A stretch of DNA of 64,000 nt from Salpingoeca rosetta (GCA_033442325.1 JAWQFM010000016.1:843155-907154), one strand, 5' to 3'. Shown: positions 1-16,741, numbered from the stretch's first letter. The notes: generated by a model not told the origin, from the letters alone. Translations and numbers: made by a program.

Positions 1-1102
1 GGTTGTAGATGACAAGGGCTGCCCACGTCAGGATGCCTGGCGGCTGGGTGGTCTTCTCGATGACGGTGGCGCCAACAACGCGAGGGATGTGCCCGACAGC
101 GACGCCAGCAGTCGTGAGAACCGTGAGCTGATCCTTCGCCTTGGCCAGCGCGCGAGAGCCTGGGCTGGCAAGCAGCGCAAAGACGTGAAAGCCCGTGTCC
201 CAGAGCCAGAGACCACGCGCGTATCGCGACATGGACGGGGTGATGACGGGGCGCACCCAGTGCTCTCCACCCGCGCGCTCCGTGTTGAACCAGAACTGAA
301 ACCAGGCGTTGTAGTACATCTTGAACTCTGTTGGCCCGATGTGAGCTGAGGCCGGCGGCACTGGCAGCTGCGCCAGCCAGTCGTTGATGTCTGTGGTGGT
401 GTTGCTGGTGTCCAGCACTGGTGCAAGCGGCGCTGGCGCGGACGGGGGCGAATCGTACTCGCTCAGGCAGAAGGTGACGTTCTTGGTAGCTGCGGCCGGG
501 AGGGAGAGGGACCACGCGTATGCGTGCGATTGAGCATCGAGGGACGGCGCGGTGTTGAGCGACGTCTGCACGCGCCAGTAGCGGTGCATCTGCTGGGTGT
601 AAGGGGGCAAGGGCATGGTGGCCTTTGTGGCGACGCTGATGCTGGTGCCGTTGACCTGCGCCGCTGACGTGGCTCCCAAGAAGTTGGGTGCCTTCCCACT
701 AAACACCAGCTTCAGCGCTGGCGAAGAAGACAGCGGAGATGTGGAGGACCCCGGTGCTTGCTTGAGGTTGGACACGGTGTACTGCGCGCACGTTGTGGTC
801 GACGAGGTGTATGCCACCTTCACATGCACCTCCACGTTCTTTCCGCACTTTGCCTTTATCACTGCGTAGTCGGGTCTCCACTCATAGCCTCCTACCAGAC
901 AAAGCAGGGTTGCGTGAGTGGAAGGGCGAGAGAAAGGGAGGGCGAGAGAAAGGGAGGGCGAGAGAAAGGGAGGGAGGGACTTGCATGCAGAGACAGTGCG
1001 AGGGTTACAGGTACAGCGCGAGGGCGGGTTGGAAGGGTGCGCAGAGAAGGGTACACAGGGAGGGATGGAAGGGGAATGGAACTAGGACACACACACACGC
1101 AC

Positions 1103-1152
<50 letters not shown>

Positions 1153-1171
1153 GCACACACACATACACACA

Positions 1172-1232
<61 letters not shown>

Positions 1233-1560
1233 CACCGTCAGCAATGGCGTCGCATGAAAGGTCGCCTTCTCCAGCAATGCCACTGTCCTCCACTGCCATG
1301 GTGACAATCTCTGGGAACAAAGGAGTGCCTGGCGACCAGTCACTGAACACGCGGTATCCCAATGCACCCATGGATGTCGGGTCCGAGGCCGGTGCCAAGG
1401 TCACATATGACCAGGACCCTTCAAAGGAGAGCTGGTACGTGTCGTTACCGGCCAGATCCGCACACGTGGCAGCAGCCCGCCGCGCTTCCTGACGGCCCTC
1501 CACACCCGAGGCCGCCACCGCCAAACAGACAACCACACACAACCCCAGCGCGACGCTCAT
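1..1560 (-). CDS. Secreted glycoside hydrolase, GH63/MGH1/trehalase-like (alpha/alpha)6 barrel; 3' end lies outside the window
   Basis: ATG at 1560 with a signal peptide (MSVALGLCVVVCLAVAASG). Exon 1560-1236, GT-AG intron 1235-892 (phase 1), then exon 891-<1 open to the edge, which the ORF track misses. It reads ...YNAWFQFWFN...VITPSMSRYARGLWLWDTGFH...GHIPR...TTQPPGILTWAALVIYN, matching the PS..Y...WxWDxxFH and TQPP motifs of this family. Confidence 0.75.
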
Positions 1561-1922
1561 CGTCACAGTGGCAGCGATGACGCTGGCTGTCCTTCTGGCC
1601 GACGCAAACTGCTGCAAATCATTCCTACTTTTCAACAATCGCAAAACCAAGCAGTACGCAACAGCCAACAGCCAACAACCAACAACCAATACAGAGAGAG
1701 AGCCACCACTGCACTGCTTGCTTGTCGCTGTTTCTCGCTGCCCGCAACTGCTGTTTCTCACTGTCAACTCCCCTGTGTTTCTTCGTTTGCTCATTCACCC
1801 TCGTCCTTGCGTTGTTGTTGTGTTGTTGGTGCTTGACGTTTCCACTGACAGCGCGTGTGAATCAAATCGTTGTGAATGCCTGGACCAACCACAGCAGCCA
1901 TTTCCCTCTTCTCCAGATCGGT

Positions 1923-1986
<64 letters not shown>

Positions 1987-2100
1987 TGGAAGTTGGAATG
2001 TTTGCCGTGGCTCTGTGCCTCGCCTTTGCGTTTCATCCAACTCACCCATTCACCATCACACACTTCCTTGACTTCCTTGTCTCCACCCAACCGGCACTTG

Positions 2101-4831
<2,731 letters not shown>

Positions 4832-5353
4832 GCGCGCTCGGTAAAGTGCAACGAAAGGCAGTGCAGCCGTGCCAACGTGCACACGCGCACGCAAACCCGC
4901 ACGCTCGCGTGCGCTGTGCAAGTGACATGCGTGTCGTGATGCCATCATCGTTTCGTGTGTGACTGTGTGTGCGCACGCGGCAAATGCTCGTTTCATTCCC
5001 CGCAGCCCTTGTCGCGGCAGGGAGTGGGTGATAGTGCTGCTGATTGCGCTGTTTTTGTCCCCTTGCATTGCTCTCGCTTGTGCTTTCTCCTGCTCTTTGC
5101 TCTCGTGTTAGTTGTCGGCTTGCGTTGGTTTCTCTTGCTCGCGTGTTTCTTGTGCACTGACTGTATCGTTTGCGTACGTGGAAGACACAATGAAAACGGG
5201 AACAAATGCACCAGTGGTGGAAAGCACCACACAGCACACCACGCCATGTCTTAATAACCAAATACAACCACCCACTGCAATACATGTGTGTGAGTGTGTG
5301 TGTGTGTGTGTACCCTTACAACTCTCCCTCCACTCAAAGGTGGTTGCTGTTGC

Positions 5354-5567
5354 TTAAATCTCCGATTGCGACGAGGAGCCGTTGACGGAAATGGTGACGA
5401 GAGACGCCTTCTTCGCCACCGCCTTTGTTGTGTTGATGCTCCGGTGCAGCATGCTCGCCGCCATCCGGTCCACCTGCTTCTTGGCCGAGATCACAGCGCC
5501 GTGCAGCGTGCCGTGGTGGCTTCGCTCCGTGCCCTCCCCGGCGAAGAACAGCCGCGGGTTGGCCCTT

Positions 5568-5612
<45 letters not shown>

Positions 5613-6042
5613 AGTGCGTGTGTGTGTGTGTGTGTGTGTGTGGGTGTGTGTGTGTGTGTCAGTGCGTGTGTGGGTGTGTGTGGGGGGGGGGGTGTCAGTG
5701 TGTGTGTGTGTGTGTGAGCTACGTTTGCATGCAATTGAGAACGAGGAAATCACATGCTGTGCGTGCACGCCCAGCTTCAATGCCAAGCAACATACCCAGT
5801 CGTGCTCTCCACTGGCGCTGCGTACGCGTCCATGTCTTCACTGCGAGATCGAACGTGCGAGCAACAGAAACATGGGCAGTGATGTGCGGTGTGTGGCATG
5901 TGGCACGTGGTGTGTGGTGAGATGGACGCAAGCATCCCAAGACACCTTTAACGCAGCCCAAGAAGCACAATGCCACAGAACATGGCCATTGGCGGCAAAC
6001 AACGAAAAAGTAGCAGAAACACTACCATCAACAGCAGCAACA

Positions 6043-6073
<31 letters not shown>

Positions 6074-6494
6074 CGGCACCACCACCACCTAAGCCATCAT
6101 CACCGAATATCGCACCCTGAGCCGTTGACTTTGATGAAGGAGGCGGCGCCGTGGATGTGCGGATGGCGCGACCAGCGCGTCATGCGGCAGCACAGCGGCT
6201 GCAGTCGCAGTGAATGATGCATTCGACAGTCGCAGTGCAATGTCGATGAGAGAGTGTGCAGGTGGGCCATGTTGATGTCAAAGGTCGTTGCTCAACGGAC
6301 GGAAAGCAATCACCAGTCTGACAATCACCACCATCAGCAACATCACAACCACCACCACTGCTTAATATCACCGCCACGACAACAGCGACGCATTGAATTA
6401 CCGTGACGTCCTCCTCTGATCCGTTGGGAAACATGCGCTTCAGCTCTTCCGTCAGCAGCGGCGCCACGTCCTCGTCGCTGAGCGCTTCCTGTGT

Positions 6495-6567
<73 letters not shown>

Positions 6568-7550
6568 TGAGAAGAAATAGCAAGGATGGTTGCAATAGCA
6601 CGTGCGAAGGCATGGCAAAACGAACAGCACACACACCCGCACACGCACTGACACATGCACACACACGCACGCACACACACACACACACACACGCACGCAC
6701 ACACACACACACATACACACACACACACACACACTGACAGACAAAACACACAATCCAACGCACACACACGCGCGCGCGAGCGCGCCCATGGTACAGACCT
6801 GACGGGGACGGTGACGAGAACGAAATCGCACAAGACGTCGCGGCCGTGGCGGTTCCGCACCTTCATGTGTGCCGTTACATCTGGTGGGTGGAGATGAAGA
6901 GTGGTGCGAAGTGGGAGGGGAAGGTCATGGATACGGAGAAGGCAGAGATGGAGAGGTGGTGAGGCGGTCAAGAAGCAGAGGTGGCAGTTGGTAGTGTTTG
7001 CTTTGATGCAAGGGTGTCATGGCCATTGCAGGCGACAATGAGGACGACTGTGGCTGCTACCTTTTCCGTTGACTTCAATTGTGTTGTCCTCTTCCGCAAT
7101 ATGTGTGACCTGAACCCGCAAAACGCAATATTGTCTGTGAACGAAACATCCTGCAAAACGCGCGACCACACACATACACACAAACGAAAACTCTCACACA
7201 AACATACACACACACGCAGGCACACACAAACATGCACAAACGCGGGCACACAACAAGTGTATGCAACCCCGCCCACAAGCAATCAGGGAGGACCGACCGG
7301 CTGGTTGTATTTGACGTGTGCGCGCTTGGCGAGATCGTGGACGACGTGCGCAAGATCACGAACGAGCAGCGGCCGACCTGGTGACGACACAACAATTTGC
7401 ACACAGCATCGGGGTTGTGTTACATCGTCGTTTGTCGTTGTGAGCAACTAAAAGCAACGTGAATGTGCATGTCAGGACACCTTGACCAGCGTGGACAAGA
7501 AGAACGCCAACCATCATGCATGAACGCGACAATGCAAGTTCACACGCCAC

Positions 7551-7593
<43 letters not shown>

Positions 7594-9173
7594 CCATCAC
7601 CATCATCATCATCATCATCATCATGAACACCTGGGAGTGGAATGCGTTCGAGGAACCAGTTGCGACTCAGGGCTGAGAAGGCGGCGACGTGCTGCGCTTC
7701 CTCGCGTGTGCGGAAATACCCGAGCAGCTGCCGCGCCCTCGCACTCAACTGCCATGGTGGGTCATGTGTGTGTGTGTGTTGGGGCTTAGGAAGGAGGGGA
7801 TAAACAACGCACGCAGCGACAGCACGTTTGATCAGATCAACATGGCTGAGCAGACGCACAAACGACCACGTCGCAGACGACATGCACGCAGCAGAGATGT
7901 CGCATCTCTGTCTCCCTCAACGCTCCGTTGCTGCCAAACCTCGCGACAGTCGTCAGTGGTGCGAATAGCGCGTGCAAGACGTGACGCAACGCTCCTGTCC
8001 TTCGGAAGCGCGGATCCGCGGTCCTCATGCGCCGTGTGAATGTCCTCAATATCGTCTCGAATCTGCCAAACGGTGGAAGGGATTGCGGTTGTGACGGTGA
8101 GCGCAGGATTGAAGGGGACAACGCGCATAGTAGCCAAAATGTGTGTGTGTGTGAGGGTGCTCAAGTGCCTTGGCATATGCCGTAATGCCAGGTCACCTGC
8201 TCCATGAGTTCTGTGTAGACGTCCATGGCGTCCTCAATCTCGTCCTCGCCCACCACCTCTCCTGCCCGCGAAATGCCCACGTCCAGCTCCTGTTACGTGT
8301 CAAGCCGCAAGACATGCACATGTGCAGACAGCAATGATCAGCGATCGTGTGCATGTGTGCATGTGCTCATGTGCTCATGTGCTCACGTGTGCATGTGCTC
8401 ATGTGTGCATGTGCTCATGTGTGCATGTGCTCATGTGTGCATGTGTGCATGTGTGTGTGCCTGCAGGGGATTGTGTTCATGTCCTTCGGTGCTGTCAACA
8501 ACAGCAGCACCATCCGTTTGTGCAATGGGTGGTACCTTTCGTGCAGGGTCTGCCAGCTCAAACACGTCGCACGCCACCTCCCGTGCCATGGACACGAGAT
8601 CGTTGTCGTGTGTACCGTACAGCCTGCAACGAAACAAGCACAGGGCGTTGCCATGCAATGAGCTTGCGACGCGATTCTTGCTCCGTGTATCCAATACGTT
8701 CACTCACTAGCTCATTCACTCACTCACTCACAGCTACAGCGTTGCCAGCATGTGAGAGAGAGAGTGTGTGTGTGTGTGTGTGCATGTAGGTGTACATGTA
8801 GGTGTGCGTGCGTGTGCGTGTGTGTGTGTGTACGTACTCGCAGCCGCCTGCGTCGAGGTAGACCTTTGAGAGTGTTGGCAACTGCATCGCCCGCACACGT
8901 CCGCCCGGCCGTGGAGTCGCCTCTGCATACGATGATGCGCACATTCACGCAGATATGAGCACAACGCAGGAGGGTGATGGCAGTGCAAAGGTGGCTAAGG
9001 ACACCACAGCTGTAGCTTCATGAACAGACAGTGCACGCACGTACGCAAACTTGCACACATGCACATGCTCACACATGCACACACACATACACACGACCCC
9101 ATATTCACTCATTCTCACTCTCACTCACTCTCACTCACTCTCACTCACTCTCACTCACTCACTCACTCACTCA

Positions 9174-9269
<96 letters not shown>

Positions 9270-9499
9270 CACACACACACTCTCTGTGTCTGTGTCTCAC
9301 CCAGGACGAGGACATCTGCAATGCCGTGCGCTTCGCGGAGATGTGTGGCAGCAGCAATGCCAGCCAACCCGGCACCTACAATCACAACCTGTGTTCAACA
9401 ACCCAGGAATGGTGTTACATCGACACGTGATCGCAAATGCCGCATGCGCGCGCACGTACGAATGCGAGCACCCACTGCTTGAAGCTTGCGCACTCCCCG

Positions 9500-9595
<96 letters not shown>

Positions 9596-10352
9596 CACAC
9601 ACACACGCACACATGCCATGCCTTGTGATAGGGCCGCTGGAAGAACTCGTTGCGCTCATCGGACGTCTCCTCATGGTCCACATCCGCTGTCTCGTCAATG
9701 TACTCGTGCTGGTCTTCAATGTCACCGTGCTGCTGATGCTTGACATCGTGGCGCATGTGCGCACCGCCGGCCTCTTCCTCATCCTTGCCCTTGACAGTGA
9801 GGTTCGCGGTGGGCACGGGCTGCAAGCCGTCAATCACTGTCTGGAAATGCGTCTGAAAGTCAGTGCGCCGTCCGACCGTGTCCAGCTGCAAATAGAAGAC
9901 GCGCTTGGCAGTGACGATGCCGATGCGGGCGTCTGCCTGCGAGTTCTTTGGCCAAGTGACGGTGCCGCCACTCAGCGTGCGGTGCACGCGTTGCTTGCCA
10001 CTGCTGCTCCGTCCAAGCCCGTCATGTGGCGCTGCTGTTGCCGTCACTGCTGTTGCTGTGTCTGAGGGATTGGCGGTCTCGTTGTCAGCGGCGTCATGAG
10101 CGTTGCCACTTGCGCTGCTGTCCTGTGTGTGGGGTGTGTGCTCTGAGCCTGGCTCCTCCGCGTCCTCAGGTGACAGTAGGTCCTCTGGCGAAAGCACCGT
10201 GCTCTCGTGTGTGAGCTGGAAGACGCCTTTTGGCTTGATTGCATCTGGTCCCGCAAAGTACGCAACATGTCCATCCTTGTGCAGCTGTCAAGCATGGAAG
10301 AGGAGCAGAGGATGTGTGTGTGTGTGTGTATGTGTGTGTGTGCGTGTGTGTG

Positions 10353-10385
<33 letters not shown>

Positions 10386-10596
10386 CTGGGTTGTCTCTGC
10401 CTTGCTGTGCTTGCTGCAACAACACTGTCTTCACTGTAGTCTATCGCCTTGGGATTCATTCCTCGGCCCCTTGTTCTCCTGCGATACACACACACACACA
10501 CACACATCGAACCTTGAAGAAGCGGTGTCGGAAGGCCTTGTTCACCTTCCCTTGCTTCCATGCCCAGCCCTCAAACACCAAGCGCTGGTGCTCCAT
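5354..10596 (-). CDS. N-terminal PH domain fused to a flavin-containing amine oxidase (PAO/LSD1-like fold), multi-exon
   Basis: Spliced product: MEHQRLVFEGWAWKQGKVNKAFRHRFFK|LHKDGHVAYFAGPDAIKPKGVFQL...RIGIVTAKRVFYLQLDT (PH). Then VVIVGAGLAGIAAA...VLVL|EATPRPGGRV (Rossmann GxGxxG + GGR), DFVLVTVP, LSDEDVAPLLTEELKRMFP, TRW, RLFFAGEGT..HGTLHGA. Stop at 5354-5356. Confidence 0.82.
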
Positions 10597-11367
10597 CGTC
10601 GTCGCTGCTTCCAGCTTGTCGCATGTGGTTTTTGTGGTGTCGCGACCCACTTCTTTGCTTGTTGTTTGGATGTCTGCTTGTCCGGTTGGCCGGATGTGCT
10701 TCTCCTTCAGTCCTTCCCCTTCCCCTCCGCCCTTCCACCCCTTCTCAGCTTCCCGTGTTCGCCTCGCGTCCACTCCGTTCACTCTTTCGCTCTCTTCCCC
10801 TTGGCTTCACGTTGTCAAACCATGCCAATCACCAACTCTTGTTCAATGAAACAGCTCGACGTTAGGAATGATGTGCGTGACAACACCAACAACACAACGC
10901 AAGCACGCCAAAACCAACACACAACTACACAAGGCAATGCAACGCACACACACCTGCAATCAACACAACCCCCCTCTGCATTTCCCGCACTCAAACACAG
11001 CAGCAAAGAAGCAACAGCAGTACATCTCATCCTCGTCATCACGCAACAGGCCCGAGACCCAACAGAAAGAAGGACACGCAAAGATGACAGAAAGAAGGAC
11101 ACGCAAAGAACTGAAACGCAAGGAAAGAAGAAAACAACACACACACACACACACACACACACCTAGACACCTACACACACCCACTCACTCACGTACAGCA
11201 TATGACGCATAAGAGGCCATCCACCATGCACGCTTTCAGAACGCCAACACTCTGCCAACTGCAAACGCGCACGCGCGCGTGCGTAAGTCCATGCAGACCC
11301 ATCCTCAACCAGGAAACAACCCAACATCCCCTCTCCATCCCGCCTCCAGGGCTCCTTCGTCTCTTCA

Positions 11368-12959
11368 CTACTGCTGCTTTGAAAAAGCAAGAGCAAATTC
11401 AGCGTCGTCCTCCATGTCATCATCATCATCATCATCATCATCACCGTCATCATCGTAATCATCATCGCTGTGGTGATCAAGGCTGCGAACACCGCTCGTC
11501 GCTTCAAATGCGCCCATGCTGCCAAACGCCCCACCCACACGCGCATACGAAGAAGTAACTGCCCAGTCATCCTCGCCAGCGCCAATGTTGCTGTCATCAG
11601 TCTCATCCTCCTCGTAATCGTCAAGAGCGAGCTCCTCCAGCGGGTCAATGTCCGGGTAGTCGGAGTAGTCACCGTCTTCGTCGTCCAACGCATACTTGAG
11701 GGCTGCATCCTTCTTGTCGCCGCTGCCGCTGCCAGCACCTTCACGCCCTCTCGCTCGCGCTTCAAACGTCTTGACAAACGCTTGCCGCTCCTCGTTGAGC
11801 TCTGCAACGCTGCCCCACACCTTGTTCGGGCCATCACGAGCAGTGGCCGTCTGCATGGCTGCGGGAATGGCGCCGAGCCAGGCCTTCCTTGCCTCCGCCG
11901 CTGCAGCACTGCTGGCGCGGAACATGCCTTCGGGCACGTCCAGGTTGTGCAGGTCATCCTTGCCAAGGCACGGGCTGGCGGTGTAGATGATGCGATACAG
12001 GCTCTTCACTGCGGTTTCGGCGCTCATTGTGGTCTCGGTAAGCCGCAAGGGGCCGCACCGCAGGAGCAGGCGTACGGCAACCCGCGCGCAATGGAGGCCC
12101 CCACCGTCACGGCGGCTGCGGCTGCTGTCGTCGTCGTTGTTGTTGTTGTTGTCGTTGTTGTTTGCGCTGCTTCCGCTGACGGTGCCATTGCTGCTGTCAG
12201 AGTCAAACAGCAGTTCAGGCACGCGCTTCCTCAGCAGTTGTCGCTCGCTCGCCGCGACTGCCGGTGTCATTTGCGACAGTCGCATCTCCAGGAGCATCTG
12301 CACGTGCAGCACGCGCATTAGGGCCAGTCGGGCCAGCCGCCTGTGGTGCCCCTGCTCCTGGCGCTGCTTGAGGATGTCTTGCACCTCCTTCAACTCCGCT
12401 TCGGCGTCATCCTTTGTCCACGTATCCTTCTTGACTCCAACCTTGTCCAAGATGGGTTTCTGTGCCATCACCAGCTCACCCATCGCAGTGCGCGCGTTCA
12501 GCACTTGCTTCACCGACTTGTACGCGTCAGAGCCTGAACGGAAGCGACCAGAGTGCAACAGCTTTTTCAGTTCCTCCTGCGACATCTTGCTTGCGCGGAC
12601 GCCGTTTTTCCGCAGCTTTCGGATGGCATCCTCCTCCTGTCGCCACAAGGGCGTGAAGCGCTGAAACAGCTGGTGCAGTACAATCCTCCGCTGCCTCGTG
12701 CGCTCAACGAGCCCTTCCTCAAACAAGTTGTGGCCGACAATGGCCTGCCACACCTTGTCGTGAGCAAGTGCCACTGCGCCGCCGCCATCGAGAACACCCG
12801 GGCACGTGCTCATGGATGGCGACAGGTCTGGCCCAGCCGCACTCTCATGTGGAGGCTGCTCACTCGCCCCGGCGCCGTTGTTGTTGGCCTTACTGGTGTC
12901 GGAGTTGCTGGCCAACTGCTTCGTGGTGTCCTTGCTCTTGCTATTGCTCTTGCTCTTCT

Positions 12960-12991
<32 letters not shown>

Positions 12992-15900
12992 TTCTTGCTC
13001 TTCTTCTTGCCGGCGCTCTGCTCAGGGTCTTCGGTGCGGGTGCTGGCGGAGTCCCGCCCATTGCCATCGCAACCAACAATGAGACTGTTCCACTTTGTTG
13101 GGAAGGGCAAGCTAAACATGTGACCGGCATACTCCAGAATGGCTGCGATCGTGAGGTCGCTGCAGAGCTTGCCTGCTTGCGTCTCGGCCCCGTTCACCTC
13201 CTTGCCCTTGCTGTTATCGTTCTCCTCGTTCTTCTTGTTCTCCTTCTTGTCCTTCTTCTTCTTGTCCTGGTCACCACTACCGGCCGAATTCGTGCTGTTG
13301 TTGTCATGTACTGCTCCTTCTCGCTTGCCGTTGCTTGCATTAACTTCTGCCGGCTCGCCATCACCCACGCGGCCGTTAGCTACATCCACCAACTCCTTTG
13401 GGGTCATGCCGCTTGTGCCGGGCGGTGTCAGTGCGGAGGCGCCATCGCGCAGAAGATCAACCAGCGCAAACAGTGCACTTCGCAGGGACCTGCGTGCCCG
13501 TGCCAGCTTCTCGTGCGCCTGCTTTTGCTGCTGTTGCCACTTCTGCAGTTGGTCTTCAGCCTGTGGAATTTGCATTTCAATATCTTGCTTGTCCTCGTGC
13601 AAGCGGTCGATGATGGTCTGCAAGTCCTCGTCTGTTGGCCTCATGTCGTCATCACCATCATCATCGTCGTCACCACCGCTTTCAGCGTTGCTAGCAGCGG
13701 CAGCGGCGTGTTCCTCATCCCCTTGGTCATATTGAGATGGAGAGTAATCCTCGTCGTCATCGCTCCTGTCATCGTCATCGTCGACGAAATCTGCCTCGTA
13801 GCCGTTGTCATCACTCTCTCCATCGCTAATGCTTTCATGCAGCCTGTCCTCAGCACCTTCAACGACGCCATCGTAGCTATCAACATCATCGGCATCAATG
13901 CCGTTGTCATCGTAGTTGTCATCAGTGCCGGCACCATCCTCGTTCTCATCCTGTTCATCATCCTCATCATCTTCGTCGTCGTCATCATCCTCATCAAGCA
14001 CGTCCTCATCGTCGTCATCGGTCGACACTGCACCATCCCTCTGCACCATGTTCAATAGCTCTTGGTGGCCATCGTCACACACCTCTGCCTCCTCCTCTTC
14101 CTCATCATCTTCCTCCTCTTCCTCTTCTTCTTCGTCCTCATCATCATCTTCTTCTTCGTCCTCATCATCGTCATCGCTGCTGTCGTTTGCGCCCGTGTCA
14201 TACGACCCAGCAGAGTAGTTCCCATCTTCGCCTTCGTATTCTTCTTCGTCTTCGTATTCTTCTTCCTGCTCGAAGGTGTTGTGCCCGTACAGATGAGCCT
14301 CCAAGTCAATGCGTTCTTTCTGGAGCTGTAGATGGCGCTCAAGCATGGCAGCAAGCGTGTTCGTCAAATCGTCCACGACCTGGTCGCAGGTGAATGCATC
14401 GGCCTTTGCGCGCACCACCGCCAGCTGCGCCTGCGTCACGCGCACGTGTGCTTCCTGCATGCACAGGTGGGTGCCAGAGCACGTCACGCTGGTAGTCGTG
14501 CCTGCTTGAGGCAGTGCCGACGGCGATTCGGCGCTTGAAGTTGATGCAGTGAGCAAAGATGACGATGATGACACCGACGACGACGCTGTCGAGGAGGAAG
14601 AGGGTGCACTCCTCGCTGAGGAGCTAGAGGCGGTGCTCCCTCGCACGGTCGCAGGCAGGCTCATGCCCGTGTCACTGGTCCGCCGTTCCTGCAGCTGACT
14701 CTTGAGATCCTCGAGTGTGGACTCGCAAGCACCAATGGCGTTGCTGTCCAAGTGCTCCAGGTGAAGTTTCGCCGCACACACGGTACACACGGGGTCGTGA
14801 AAGCGCTTTCCCGTGTCACCATCGCCCTCTGTGTCGCCACCGCGATCGTGCGCTGCCTGTGGCGGCTCGTTCATGTGGCAGTGCGTCTGGTAAACGCCCT
14901 CGCACTCGTCACACTCGAGGAACACGGGCTCACAGCACAGCATGCGTTTGTGCTGCTTTTGATCGTGGCAGCGCAGCTTGCATGCGTGACCACAGGGCAG
15001 CGGGCGCGGGCACTCCTGCGAGCAGCCACCGTGGTTGTGCGGCTCAATTGTTCTCTCAGACAGCAGCGGTGTCTCCAGCTCGCACGGGCCGTGGTGTTCA
15101 TGTTGCGGACACACAATGGGAAGGCCAGCACAGACAGCCTCCTCAGGCAGGGTGCCAAAGAACTTCTTCCAGAGCCAGCGGCCTTTCTTGACGTTGCAGC
15201 GGTCAAACGTAGACTTGTTGCCCACGACGATCATGCCATCACGCGCACGAGACAGCATCACGTTCACGCGCTCGGGCTCACGCAAGAAGCCGATGCTGCC
15301 CTTGTTGTTGCTGCGCACGAGGGAAATCACCACAATCTTTGCCTCCTCGCCCTGGAAATTGTCGACCGTCACGACCTTGATGGGGAACTCGCGGCGCGCC
15401 GCCTGCAGCAGCGCCACATTGCGTTTGATCACGGCCTTTTCGCGCTTGTCTTCACCATCCTCATCACCGTCGCCGTCAGCACCGTTGTCGTTGCTGTTGG
15501 TGGCGCCGCCATCAGCACTAAGCTCACGACCGACGCTCGCTGATGATGGCGTCGCTGTTGTTGCATGCCTAGTGCCATGGATACCACCCGACGTGCCGTC
15601 GCGGCTGCTGGTGGAGTTGTTGTTGCGGTTGTCGCCGTCGTCGTCATCGTCATGGCCGTCGCCGAGGGAGAAGTCACGCCGGCGCCAGGCCTGTTGCGGG
15701 TCCTCAAACCGCCGACGCCACCGGTCCTGCTTGTGGCTGTGCAGGTGGCTGGCAAGCTCGTGTGAGTCTGCCCTGCACGCCATGCACTCGAGGTGGAGGT
15801 GCTGCTTGGCCTCCGTGGTGATGCTGCGCAGCATGCCGTCCAACAGGCGCGCCTGGCCGCCATATGGGGTGAGCACAACAATGTCGCTGCTCTTGTAGCC

Positions 15901-16646
15901 TTGCAGGAGCAAGTGCTGCACCACCTGAAATACGATGCGCGCCTCCCCCAGGTTGTGGCGGGAGCGCGTGGTGCTGTCTCTGAAGCCCTCCTTCTCGTCG
16001 TGGTTGAGGAAGACGACGTTGTGCCGCAGGCCGACGATGTCTTTGCGCTTCTTCGTCTGCTTGTGGTCCTGCAGGTCAGGATAGGTCATCTCGCGCACGA
16101 GGCGGCTGATGGCGGGGCGCATGCGGTGCTGCTCGTGCAGGGAGGCAAAGCCGAGGACAGGCACAAGGCGCTCGAACAGCGACACGTTGAGGTTGAAGCC
16201 CTCGCCACTCTCCCGCTCGAACTTGTAGCGGTTGACCTTTGGGCGCAGCTGCTTGTGGTCGCCGATGAGGATGGCGTGCTGGCACTTTGTGGGCACGGAC
16301 GCAAGCACGTGCGCCTCCAGGATTTCGCCGGCTTCCTCCGCCATGTACACGGGGATGTCCAGGCCCTTGAGCACGTCGGCGTGGCCGGCAGCACCAGTCG
16401 TTGTGCAGCCAATGATGTCTGCATCCGCCAAGATGGTGCGGTCCTTGGCGGCCCGCAGCTTGCCCAGTTGCTCGTCAGCATCAGCAATAGCCCTGCGAAG
16501 GTCGACGACGAGCTCCGGGATGCGCTCATTCCAATTGAGGGCGGTCAGCTTGCGTGTATCCAGCGGGTACTTCCACAACTTGTTGTTGGCCAAGCCCTGT
16601 GGTGGCGGGGCTCCTGTGCACCACAGCCCCCACAATGACTCGGCCT

Positions 16647-16741
<95 letters not shown>

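Noticed and set aside
7553-7624. Poly-His / poly-Asp ORF from (CAT)n
   Set aside because: Lies just after a splice donor inside an amine-oxidase intron.
8350-8455. 8-bp tandem repeat (atgtgctc/atgtgtgc); similar short arrays at 35830-35945
   Set aside because: Degenerate derivatives of intronic GT/CA microsatellites; no unique spacers, so not CRISPR-like.
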